From Saprolegnia diclina VS20 (lineage: Eukaryota), in NCBI RefSeq assembly GCF_000281045.1, contig NW_008246142.1:165772-203567 (forward strand): a DNA stretch of 37,796 bases, written 5' to 3'. Shown piece by piece: positions 21,612 to 32,073 of the stretch. Position 1 is the first letter of the stretch, and the number at the start of each line of letters is the position of its first letter. Position numbers and translations under genes: made by a program. The notes under the pieces were generated by a model. It saw only the letters and a program-made list of their open reading frames with translations, ran no database searches and was not told the DNA's origin.

Positions 21612-22817
21612 GGCCTCAGGCGCAATTATAATAAAATAAGAGCAACTCCCTTCAATTAAATACCGTGAACTCGCGGCCGTTCGGGAACATTGCCATGGTT
21701 TGGATTGGTTCACACAAATAGAGTTTCGACCAATCACAGTGCTAGTACATGCAATCCGGCGTCCCGTTCCCACGTCGCAGTCCAATAAAAGACGCGGGGG
21801 TATGGAAGGAAAGCGCGAGCGGGAGCGATCGTCAGTGAAGGAGGTTCGAGAAGGTTTTAGGAAGTAAATCATTCTAGTAGTAGCAACGCATACTGATATT
21901 TCGAGTGTGCATCAGCCTTTGGACCAAGCGATTATCAAAATGGCGGGAACGCCATCTAAAAATAGATTCTCGACATGAGTGACGCTATTTGAGGTGTGAA
22001 AAGTTACTTTTGAAACGTGAAAAGCTGCTTTTTAAAGCGTTGGGTGCCATGAGCGTTCTGTCGGTTCGTGCTGTTTAGGTCGCTCACTACAACGGTCGCG
22101 CCCCTTCTGGAGTCGGTTTTTGCCGCGGTTGAAGTCGGCGCACGACGAGTGGGCCTTTCGGAGGGTCCCATGGAGAGTCCTCGACACCATAGCTTCGGAC
22201 ATTGTCGCTAGTATGATGGCTACAGTAGCCAGCGCCACGGCCATCTACCTCGATAACAAGCGCGATGGAGGGCAGAGCCGCAACTATACCTGTATGCTGA
22301 GCGCGTTTCGCGTAAGCTTGGTCTTGAGGAAAGTTGGAAAGTTTGCAAACGTGGACTCGCACTCTTTTTCTTTCCTTCTCGCTGGGCTTAGCGACTTGTC
22401 TCGCCCATCCGCAGGTGCTTCTTGCCTCGGATGGGGCATCTCGACGCACTCTAGGATGCTCTTTCGACGTTTAGATTTGGAGAAATCTGCGTAGCCCCTG
22501 GAGGTCGTCGTCGAGAGATATCATCGACTGCGGCGGGTAAAGCTCAAAGATAGCTACATCCACGCCCAGTTCGGCTGTCCAAACACTCCGTCAAGCACGC
22601 TGCTGCATTCGTTGTCCTCTTCATACTGGAGTAACATGTGTAAAAAGACCAACGATAGAGTGCTAACGCGATGCTCGTTGAGCGGTCATTGACGCCACAA
22701 GTGAACTGGAGCTGGTAGCATCAAGCGCTCGGCTTGCTCGTGGCCGTATCACCGTGCCAGAAACTCTGGCATGCATATATCACCTTTGTGGCACAGTACC
22801 AGTACTTAGTGCGCGTA

Positions 22818-22870
22818 GATATCGAGCTCTTTTGAGGCTTCGGATATCGAGCTCTTTTGAGGCTTCGGAT
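22818..22870. repeat. Perfect 25-bp tandem duplication
   Basis: gatatcgagctcttttgaggcttcg x2 followed by gat. Confidence 0.92.
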
Positions 22871-24072
22871 GTGCAAGGCGGGGCTGTTAAGAGCCAGCGT
22901 ATCGGGCTCGCCAAGTTGCTAAGTCGCTTATCTTTATTTCACATTGCTATGCGCGTCGAAGTGGCGCACGGGCGGCTCCCGAACGGGCAAGGATAGATCG
23001 GTCGGCTCGTCTCTGCAATGTCCAACCACGCTGACTACAGTGCGAGCGGTAGTCCGGTTACGCAGGCATATCCATTCGTGCAGGCGGGCCAAAGACATCG
23101 CCACAGTCTCGTTTGCGGTGTTGTGATCGAGAGACACGAACTAGGACGGCTTGACATAGCTCTAGAAATTCAAACATTCTATTGCCATCACTGTCTCTTG
23201 CCCAGAAGGTGTGCTTTTTTCATCCTGGATGCTCAGCCACAAGCGCATTCTGAACAGGGCCCATGACACAGAAACAGCAAGCAGCACGGTAATATACATG
23301 CGACTCGCACAGACGATGCGTGGTGTCTCGCTCGCCACTTCTGCCCCCCATGGGTTGTCGTGGGTATTAGAATATGGAAAAAGGCAATAGTGTTGTCGCC
23401 TACTTTTCCCATGGCATTTGAATATGCTAGTAGCAGTCTTATCTCTTTTGGACGTGTGCACTATCATGTATGGTCCACGTCGACGAGAGTTTCGCTGTGC
23501 TTGGGGACTACGGTCCTGGACGTGCGGACCAGGCCCAAAAAGACATGTCGTATGACATATCGTGAATCCAGTGTGGGCACATGTATCACGATCGTGACAA
23601 GGCAAAGATTCGACGCTTCCAAACGTCAATTTCGATCATTTGGATGTGGCGTGAACCCTTTTAGCGAGCGCATACGGACGGCTATTAGCTCTTGACGGCT
23701 CTAGGACTTTCAGGCGCTTGGGTCTACATCTCGCAACGACCAGCAGACTTGCGATGCACAACGCAGTGCAGACTGCACGCGTAGGGTCGTTGCAGCGCAC
23801 GCAGAGCAGCGAGCGCGTACAGACATTGTCCCATCCAAGAGCCTGTACAGAGACAACGAGTCGCAGCCGCAAAATCAAGCAAAGCGCAGAGAGGCGACGC
23901 GAGGAGCCGCGTCGCATCGAATCTCAATCGACATGTCCCAAATGGCGGTGTTGCATAACATCGACGTCGCATCCTTTGCACGTGGGCCAGGCCCGGCCGA
24001 AACGAGGCGAGCAATCTCCAACGCACAATTCAATTTGCTTTCCAGCAGCATCACCACCACTACACCACCATC

Positions 24073-24408
24073 ATGGGCATTCACATGCAGTCGCTCCACT
24101 CGGAATCTGCATTCCGCAACGAGCTCACGCAAGCCAAGTACAAGGATCACTTGGTCGTTGTCGACTTTAGCGCCGCGGGCTGCCCGCCGTGCCAGTCGAT
24201 GAAGCCGATCGTGGACGACTTGGCCCACAGCCTTGGCAGCGAGGTCGAGTTTCTCGAGATTGACGTGCACGACAGCGTCGAAGTCGCTCAAGCGCTCGGT
24301 ATTGACGTCGTGCCGGTCTTCCAGTTCTGGCGCAACGGCCGCCGCGTCGATACGATGGTCGGCGCCAACCCCGCGCCCTTGAAAGAACTCGTCGCGGCCC
24401 TGAAATAA
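24073..24408 (+). CDS. Thioredoxin paralog with atypical GCPPC site
   Basis: VVDFSAAGCPPCQSMKP...IDVHD...VVPVFQFWRNG. Shares the SE.AFR.E....KYKD N-terminus with its neighbours. Confidence 0.92.
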   Translation: MGIHMQSLHSESAFRNELTQAKYKDHLVVVDFSAAGCPPCQSMKPIVDDLAHSLGSEVEFLEIDVHDSVEVAQALGIDVVPVFQFWRNGRRVDTMVGANPAPLKELVAALK

Positions 24409-24743
24409 TCGGCTTTTCTAATTAATAACGTCATAATGTTTGTATTCCACAAGATTTTCGTGACGTTATTGGTGCATTGTCCAGAAGGAGCCGCCCGCAA
24501 GTTTCGCATAACGTTACTAGTGGGCACGACAGCAAAAGGTGAGGTGTGCGGTTATCTGTTCTCAATATCGTCTTTCCTGATGGTCGCTTGTTTGTGCTAG
24601 GTACTCGCCAGGCCGTCTTGATGTGTGCCGCTCAAGTTGTCGGATCTCCAGCGAGTCAACTGTGCTTCTAAAGGATTTTTATCGGTAAATGCTAGACAAG
24701 TTTTTAATTGATGGGTAATTACGATGTCGAGATTTGAGGGACT

Positions 24744-25079
24744 TTACTTGTGCTGATGGAGCAGCCGCTTGAGACCCGTGGGGTCGGCGCCCGTCATCGT
24801 ATCAATCTTCTTGCCGTTGCGATAGAACTGGAACGTCGGCATCGCTCGGATACCGACGGCCGCCGACAGCTCGTCGCTCTCGTCGACGTCGACTTCGATG
24901 AACGCTGCTTCCGGGAGGTCCTTGGCAAAGTCACGGAAGATGGGTTTGATGTACTGGCACGGTGGGCACCACACGGCGCTAAAGTCGACAACGACCAAGC
25001 GGTCCTTGTACTTGTCGAGGGTGATCTCGTCGCGGAAGGCGGCTTCGGAAGAAAAGTGGAGCTCTTGGACCGACGACAT
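24744..25079 (-). CDS. Thioredoxin (WCPPC)
   Basis: VVDFSAVWCPPCQYIKP...VDVDE...AMPTFQFYRNG; 111 aa. Confidence 0.95.
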   Translation of the reverse strand: MSSVQELHFSSEAAFRDEITLDKYKDRLVVVDFSAVWCPPCQYIKPIFRDFAKDLPEAAFIEVDVDESDELSAAVGIRAMPTFQFYRNGKKIDTMTGADPTGLKRLLHQHK

Positions 25080-25092
25080 GGTGGCGATGGTT

Positions 25093-25109
25093 GAAATTGA
25101 AAAATGAGG
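25093..25109 (-). promoter_or_regulatory. Oomycete Inr/FPR core promoter motif
   Basis: CCTCATTTTTCAATTTC just upstream of GCCACCATG of the thioredoxin. Confidence 0.6.
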
Positions 25110-25466
25110 CGTTGTGGGACTCGTCTTTTGGTCTACAACGGGGAACGTCAGAGATCGGCACCATGAAGTCGGGAACCATGCGTCACAAGCTCAAGAGACT
25201 TCGGACAAGGCCTGATTCAAGTGCTAGGAGTGGGCTGTTGTGGACTGGAGTGATCAAAAACGATGTGGTCAGGTGTTTCACATGAGCTCTGGACTTCGTG
25301 CGAATCGGCGGAAGATTTTGCAAACCCTCAAAATGAGCGATGATTGGTCCATCGTGTCTGCGACTCCAGACTTGAGTTCTTCGGAATGCGTGTCACATGG
25401 TAGAGACGAATTTGACTTGTGTACAAGATGACAAGTTCCGATTCGTGGCACATTGCGTCGAAAACA

Positions 25467-25588
25467 NNNNNNNNNNNNNNNNNNNNNNNNNNNNNNNNNN
25501 NNNNNNNNNNNNNNNNNNNNNNNNNNNNNNNNNNNNNNNNNNNNNNNNNNNNNNNNNNNNNNNNNNNNNNNNNNNNNNNNNNNNNNNN
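25467..25588. other. Assembly gap (122 N)
   Basis: Run of Ns. Its size would accommodate the missing 33 codons plus a short 5' UTR of the following thioredoxin. Confidence 0.99.
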
Positions 25589-25825
25589 AGCGCCGTGTGG
25601 TGCCCACCGTGCCAGTACATCAAACCCATCTTCCGTGACTTTGCCAAGGACCTCCCGGAAGCAGCGTTCATCGAAGTCGACGTCGACGAGAGCGACGAGC
25701 TGTCGGCGGCCGTCGGTATCCGAGCGATGCCGACGTTCCAGTTCTATCGCAACGGCAAGAAGATTGATACGATGACGGGCGCCGACCCCACGGGTCTCAA
25801 GCGGCTGCTCCATCAGCACAAGTAA
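25589..25825 (+). CDS. Thioredoxin (WCPPC), 5'-partial; inverted copy of 24744-25079
   Basis: SAVWCPPC...LLHQHK matches the reverse complement of 24744-24980. Sequence after the stop codon differs between the copies. Confidence 0.85.
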   Translation, partial: SAVWCPPCQYIKPIFRDFAKDLPEAAFIEVDVDESDELSAAVGIRAMPTFQFYRNGKKIDTMTGADPTGLKRLLHQHK

Positions 25826-26009
25826 ATCATAATGTATCAACCCATTCTGCACTTTAGAGTAAAAGGTGGAAGCGGTTCAAAGTCGTTGTGATGACCTCAA
25901 ATGCGACCGACTTCTCTGAGGTTGCCAAATTCAAATACGGACGTTTGATTGGTCCAATTGCCACCAATGGGCATTGAGTGTACTTTTGCTTCGAGTGGTG
26001 TCGGCCGCG

Positions 26010-26474
26010 ATGTTCCAGCTCGCGCTCTTCCAGCCGCGGATTCCGCCCAACTGCGGCAATATCATCCGGCTTGCGGCCAACAACGGCTGCATCTTGCACC
26101 TCATCGAACCGTTCGGCTTTAGCCTCGACGAGAAGAGCGTGCGGCGCGCGGGTCTCGACTACCACGACATGGCCACCATTCGGCGCCACAAGGACTTTGA
26201 AGCGTTTAGCGCCGCCGTGACCGGACACCGCCTCTTGGCGTGTACGACCAAAGGTAGCCGACCGTACACGGACATTGCGTACCAGCCAGGCGACGTTCTG
26301 CTCTTTGGCTCCGAGACGACGGGGCTCCCGGACGACATCCGCAACAACATTCCGGCCGAGCACCGCATTCGCATTCCGATGATGGCAGGCGCGCGGAGCA
26401 TGAACCTCGCCAACTCGGTGTCTATCATAAGCTACGAAGCGTGGCGACAGCACGACTTCGTCGGCGGTGTGTAA
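26010..26474 (+). CDS. trmL: tRNA (cytidine/uridine(34)-2'-O)-methyltransferase, SPOUT family, bacterial TrmL/YibK type
   Basis: [21 protein letters not shown]...[21 protein letters not shown]...[11 protein letters not shown]...IRIPM...[18 protein letters not shown]. Full-length 154 aa, intronless, with CCAAT boxes upstream (about 25947-25970). Confidence 0.95.
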   Translation: MFQLALFQPRIPPNCGNIIRLAANNGCILHLIEPFGFSLDEKSVRRAGLDYHDMATIRRHKDFEAFSAAVTGHRLLACTTKGSRPYTDIAYQPGDVLLFGSETTGLPDDIRNNIPAEHRIRIPMMAGARSMNLANSVSIISYEAWRQHDFVGGV

Positions 26475-27863
26475 CATGAACCCTAAGCATCTCAAAGGCA
26501 CAAAATGTCTGTGTGCAATTCGACCAAACCCATCAGTACTGCTGCACATTCGAGCCCAATTGGCACGGCGCGTTGTGTCGTTGGTGTGGAAGGTATATCA
26601 TGTTCCCACAAGAAGCAAGGCTTTTCTATCCATGGGCCACAGGACGATCAAGGGTGTAAGAACAATCCGGGTTCTATGCCCTTGGTATGATGGTGGAATT
26701 GATGCCATCTTATGTGCGACAAGCTCACGCATTTGATATTCGCCTTGCACCACGACTTCCAGTGGACACTACTGTAGTCGCAAAAGGTTCCTTACCGAGT
26801 CCAGACGTTGGTTTTCTCAAGCGTTGCGATGCTTGGGAGTGAAAGGACCTGCTCTTGCACCTCAACTGGAGCCGCAAGCGTCTCGAACGGCTCGGTGAAC
26901 ACAAGCAGCATCTGTAGCAAGTCTCTGTGCATACAAAGGCTTCGTTGAGAAGGAAGAGCTCGGCTTGGCAACACGAGGCAAGTCTGAGGTACGTACTCAT
27001 TGCACGCTGCTTGCACACCACCACTACAGCCTCTATATGTATACGCTTGGTCTCATTGCCACAAAGGGTACTCGGAATGCGGAGAAACTTGAATACACGA
27101 AACGAAACGCAGGCAGTCACAGACAACGAGAATGACTACCCAAACTCTGGTAGCGGATGGAACACTTCTAGTACCGACAGCAGTGGTAGCGACGCTTTCC
27201 AGTCCGCGCTTGGCACTTCGTCTGCAAAGCTTACATCTCAAGTGACTTGAAAGCCACGTGCCACCAGTCCACAACCACGGTGACATGAGGACAAGAGTGC
27301 ATGCTACCTCAACCCAGGATGATCTATCAATTCGAACGTTAGAGCCATCTCGAGCGCTCCACTGCAGACAATGGCACTGGAGTGCGGAGTCTCCAATTTC
27401 GATCTCATCTAATCGCCCTTCCCAGTGGACGGGCTGCGACTGCTTGTCTCCGTCGCGAGGGACCTTGCTCCCGTGCATTGATTTGGCAGCGACCCACCAA
27501 CATTCTTTTTGCGCGCTTGACCTTGCCGTCAACAGGACTTCCGCACCAGTGTACGTGGGTGGTTGTGACGTCTTGGGTAGAGCAAGATTTAGTAGGTCTG
27601 CAATTATGCTACGGCCGCTTTTCTTGGCGCTGGCAAGAAATAGCTCCTTTAGCTTAGAAGCTTGGACCCGCTTGTGGGGTCACAAGTCGCACACCATTTG
27701 CGATGAAGGCAATCGAAATCGTGTTAGCGTGACGCACACACGCATGTACGGGGGTTTCCACCACTGACGACGCGTATCCGGACGATCGCTATCCGGTTAA
27801 TCGAAACATTCGTCGGAGTTCCAAAGCATTTGGGGGAGACAGAAAGAGGCGACGTAGACGAAA

Positions 27864-28386
27864 ATGATGCTCCAAACCACCAAGGCGCTGGCCAAGGCCG
27901 TCAAGACGCAGGCGCCGGCCCACGTCCGCTTGGTCTCCTACACGGAGCGCCAGGCGAAGCTCGGTCGCCCCGTCTCGCCGCACGTCGAAATCTACGCGTT
28001 CCCGGTCACGGCCATCGCGTCCATCACGAACCGTGCGACCGGCGTCGCCTTGACGGGCGGCTTCGCCTCGGCGGCCTTTGTCTCGCTCGTCGGCGCTGAC
28101 GTCCCGGCCTTGATCTACGCCGCCCAGGACATCATCCCGTTCTTCGCGCCCCTCTCCAAGTTCTGCGTCGCTTTCCCCGTGACGTACCACTCGCTCAACG
28201 CGATCCGTGGCGCCGTACGATATCCTTGTCGTCTCTCGAATATGTGGCTCATGGCATGGATAGGTCTGGAGCCAGAAACCCGAGATGCTCACGGTGTCCC
28301 AGGCCGCGCAGTCGAGCCAGGGCCTTTTGGCCGCGGCCGGTGTCGTTGGCATTGGCGCTGCCTGCTACACCATCAAGCGTGATTAA
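27864..28386 (+). CDS. SDHC: Succinate dehydrogenase cytochrome b560 subunit (SDH3)
   Basis: RPVSPHVEIY...SITNRATG...FPVTYHSLNAIR. Intron 28215-28263, then VWSQKPEML...CYTIKRD*. Mitochondrial-type N-terminus. Confidence 0.9.
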
Positions 28387-28441
28387 AGCTCGCGTCGAAC
28401 AGAGATAGCCGGCCACGGTTTGCGCCGTAGTAACTCTCTGA

Positions 28442-28867
28442 TCAATGTAAGCTATCCGATTGTTGTTGCATGAAGATATGCCTTGCGTCTACCCTCCGGC
28501 GCCATGCGCTGATACGGCAAGCTGCGATGAAAATGCCCAGGTGCCCACCTACTCGGCCTTCTGTCGAGAATACGAATCGAGATGCCTGTGCTTGCCTGCC
28601 ATCGTCTGCATTTCGAGCACCGATGTAGCGCCTCGCTCTGGTACTTCCGACGCCAGTTCGGTACGCGAAGACGGTGGCGCAAGCGACAGCGCCCAGCTGG
28701 ACGGACCCTTCCATCCTCACGCGGGCCTTATCGCTGGCAAAGAGCCAAGATCGCAGGTAGCCACGCGCTTCTATGTGCAACACGGTCGACGACGAGGAAG
28801 AACGTACCCATCGCTTCGGGCAGTCGACTTCGCCAGCGCTCTTCTCGGCACCTTGTCGGTCGAGCAT
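28442..28867 (-). CDS. Possible small hypothetical gene divergent from the profilin-like gene
   Basis: ORF with a plausible GTACGT..CATAG intron and a CCAAT box at about 28927; no recognisable domain. Confidence 0.2.
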   Translation of the reverse strand: MLDRQGAEKSAGEVDCPKRWVRSSSSSTVLHIEARGYLRSWLFASDKARVRMEGSVQLGAVACATVFAYRTGVGSTRARRYIGARNADDGRQAQASRFVFSTEGRVGGHLGIFIAACRISAWRRRVDARHIFMQQQSDSLH

Positions 28868-28965
28868 GATTTCCGGGAAATGTTGAAAAGAACGGTATTT
28901 TCACCACTTTTACGCTCTTATTTTGGCCAATGGGCGTTTCACGTGTTTTCATTTTGGACCCCAAG

Positions 28966-29481
28966 ATGGCAGCAGTCCCGCCCGAGACGGATGTGGTCGG
29001 CCTCGTCGACGCCATGAAGGCGCAGAAGGAGTGGACGAAGGCGATCGTGTTCGACCACGAAGGCAACTTCATCGCTGGTACCGTGAAGCCGCTTGATGGC
29101 GAGATCAGGTAGCCCGTGCATGCCAGTGCAGGTGAAGGCTCATGGTCTGCCCGTAGCGCGTACTTGCGTCTCTACGACGACCGTGACACGACGATGGGCA
29201 CGGGTATCGTCTTTCTCAACGAGCAATATGACGTCCATCGCTTCCACCCGCCGCTCATCTATGGGCGCAAGGGCGACCCGGCCAAGGAAGAAGGCGAGGG
29301 CATTGCGCTTTGCAAGGTCGAGAAGAAGGTGCCTGTCTACTGCATGATCACATACGTATTCCCGACGCTCTCTGCCCGCGTTGTGCCTCAGCTCCAGGCA
29401 TTTTGCGCCCAGCACCGTACGTCATCTCTACGTGTTGAAGGTCGTTGTCTCATGCAGATGTGTGCATTAGTGGCGCAGTAA
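28966..29481 (+). CDS. Divergent profilin-like protein
   Basis: Introns 29109-29156 and 29417-29470 give about 137 aa: KAIVFDHEGNFIA...GIVFLNEQYDVHRFHPPLIYGRKG...GEGIALCKV...MITYVFPTLSARVVPQLQAF. This matches the profilin beta-sheet pattern. Confidence 0.65.
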
Positions 29482-29557
29482 AGTATGATCCACGATTTGA
29501 TCATCGCTAGCATCTCGTGCAGTTCAAATGAGTCGTGAGCGATTTAAGTTACGTGGT

Positions 29558-30228
29558 TTACAAAGCGCCGAACGTTGTCTGTCGTGTCCAGCCGCTCAGT
29601 AGCACCTGCAATTCGAGCACGACGTAGCCTGTCGTCTCGGTGCAGAGATCGTAGCGACTCGAACCTCCCGTATGCACGATCGAGGGGTCCACGAGGCGGG
29701 GGGCGCCAAAGAACATGGTGCATAGACGATCTGTGATGGAGCTGGCGTTGCCGATGGGCCGCCACGTCGGACATTCGACCGAGATGCAGCCTGTCGTCGT
29801 GGGCACGCGGCAGGTGCCATATCCGCCTAGCACGAGCGACATGATGCTACTAGTACACAATACTACTAGAGATGACGCGTACATAGCTCCTTGCGGTCGT
29901 GCGCGTCAATGTGCCAGACCTCGACCGCAATCTGTGGCCAGCCCGTGATCGACGACGTTGCCAGATGAATGTCGATCGGGTGCGCCCAAAGCATCTCGAC
30001 GCCGCACGCACCAAGCTAGAGGGCCTCATGAGACCTCGATGGAAGACGAGCATTCGCCGGTACTACCTGCGCCGCCTCCATGGTGGCCAGCTGGGTCTGG
30101 CCCTTGTCCTCACCGCGGACGATGCTCCAGTAGTGGTCGTCCTTGACGAGCCGCCAAATGCAGTACAAGCTCTGCCGATCGTACTGCGCGCCGCCGACGA
30201 GCTCGCCCAGAACGTGGACTTGAGGCAT
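29558..30228 (-). CDS. B9D2: B9 domain-containing ciliary transition-zone protein, B9D2/MKSR2-like
   Basis: MPQVHVLGELVG...GQTQ, WAHPIDIHLATSSITGWPQIAVEVW, GYGTCRVP..GC..VECPTWRPIG, RYDLCTETTG.V.LELQVLL. Introns 30016-30066 and 29827-29882. Confidence 0.85.
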
Positions 30229-30745
30229 GGCGCCGCTTCGCCCGACCGAAGATACGGTCGCTGGAAACCGTGGCTTCCGATTGGCCGCACCAAGGTGTCG
30301 TTATAACGCGTCACGGCTTCGAGACGTGTTAGAACGTGTTAGATGTCGCAGGCTGGAACCATCATGGCGGCGTCGAACGAAGCCTTCGCAACCACGGACA
30401 GTCCAGTATGCAGCGACAGCATCACGACCTTTGACGCACTTGCTTGCCAAAGAGAGCTTCAACGTCGGCGGCTTGACGACTTGGGGTAGAGCGGTAGCGT
30501 TGGCGGACTAGTTGAGCTACAGGTCCCAGTCGTCATGCGATGGTTCTGGAGCAAAGTCGTGTTTACGCTCCTCATGTGTGCGAGCCAAAGGCTTGGTCCT
30601 ACCGCTTGGCTGCTGTCCACGTCCTTAGTTGGCCGATTGACTTCGCAGCGAGCAACACATCATCTAGCGCATTGTTGACAGAGAAGCATGTCAAGCAAGC
30701 AACGTCACGGGTTGATTCTATAAACTCTAATGGGGTCACGGGCAC

Positions 30746-31047
30746 TTAGGCCGACGACGCCGCCTTCCGACGCTCGTCTTTGTCTTCCTCGTAGATCTTG
30801 TTGAACTTGCGCGCCTTCTCGAGGTTGATCTTACGGCGGTGGTGGGTCTCCTTGGCAAAGCACTGGTTCAAGGCGGCCTTGATGTCGTTGCAGGCGCCGC
30901 CGAACTTGAGAAACGGGTTCTCTTCATGGCAGATGCGCAGCGCATCGACAATCTAGCAGCGTCCATCCATGAGGCTCGGCGGCTCCAACTACGATCTGAT
31001 CGTACCTCTTGGCACTCGGGGTGCGGGCGGTCCAGCGACGAGTGCAT
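30746..31047 (-). CDS. CMC2: COX assembly mitochondrial protein 2-like (twin CX9C)
   Basis: MHSSLDRPHPECQE, intron 30953-31005, then IVDALRICHEENPFLKFGGACNDIKAALNQCF: two CX9C motifs. Confidence 0.88.
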
Positions 31048-31094
31048 CTTGGAAGGTTCTTTGTCACGTTGGCTTTTCCACACTGACCGTCTGC

Positions 31095-31200
31095 GATTGG
31101 CCCGAAACCCGACAGCGAGATATAACCAATCACACGGGCGCCTGCCACTTCTGCATTTGTGATTGGTAGAAATGCGCGCCAGCGGCCGTGGATTGGTCCA
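31095..31200. promoter_or_regulatory. Cluster of four CCAAT/ATTGG boxes in a compact divergent promoter
   Basis: gattgg at about 31095, ccaatc at about 31126, gattgg at about 31161 and 31191; roughly 30-35 bp spacing. Confidence 0.6.
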
Positions 31201-31368
31201 AATGACCACGATCTCGCGATCCTGCGCGACGAGCACGTGTAATCACACGGATGACGGCGTGGCGCCGCGCCGATGGCCACCGACGCAGCCACCGACGCAG
31301 CTAGTACTGGTGTCCATGGCCACCGACGACGTCAGCTTAACACCGTTTCAAAACTGACCTTTCGCAGG

Positions 31369-31918
31369 ATGGCGACGACTCTGGCACCGGCCGCCGTAGC
31401 TGGCGACGATTGGATTGACGAAGCGAGCTGCTCCGAGTCGGACAACGAGGCCAACGTCCTCGACGTCGACGTCTTGCGTGCACCGGCGCCGACCAAGCAG
31501 CGACGCGTGGGCCGTTTCTGGTCGAAGAAACCAACCAAGTCGACGACGACGAGTACCAAGGCGGCACGGCCAGCGACGCTACCCCGCGGACGCTACCGCA
31601 TGGAGATGGTGGCGACGCCCGAGCCGCACGTACCGTGGGTGCGGCGCTTCTACACGTCCGACTTTTTCGACCTAGTACTCGTGCTCCTCTTCTGGGCGGC
31701 GATTGGCGTCGGCATCTACTACCTGCAGATTGAAGTGCCCGACGAGTACAAGACCGTACGACTAACTAAACACATGCAGCCTAGTACATCATGCTGCGTA
31801 GGTTGTGACGGTCGCTGTCGCCCTCACGATGCTGCCGCTCGCCATGTACGCCATCTTGCACGTCTACGAGCTGCGTCTTCGGCGAGCGCGGCGCTTCGTC
31901 AAGGTCTCGACCGACTAA
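31369..31918 (+). CDS. Hypothetical protein with two C-terminal transmembrane helices
   Basis: ATG at 31369; LVLVLLFWAAIGVGIYYL; intron 31756-31801; VVTVAVALTMLPLAMYAILHVY...VSTD*. Confidence 0.7.
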
Positions 31919-32073
31919 GCGCTCATCCTGTATAGTGCGCTTGGAAACTAGGAACTTCAATCACGTTCGTTTGTGATTGGGCCGTCGACACAGCGCAACG
32001 CCGGAACAGTGAATCACGGTGCATGGACACACCCGCACCACCACTTCTACTATCGTCGAGTCTTTCTAGCAAC

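Noticed and set aside
28010..28045. SDHC S..NR.TG instead of S..HR.TG
   Set aside because: The quinone-site Ser/Arg and the heme His are retained; probably ordinary lineage variation.
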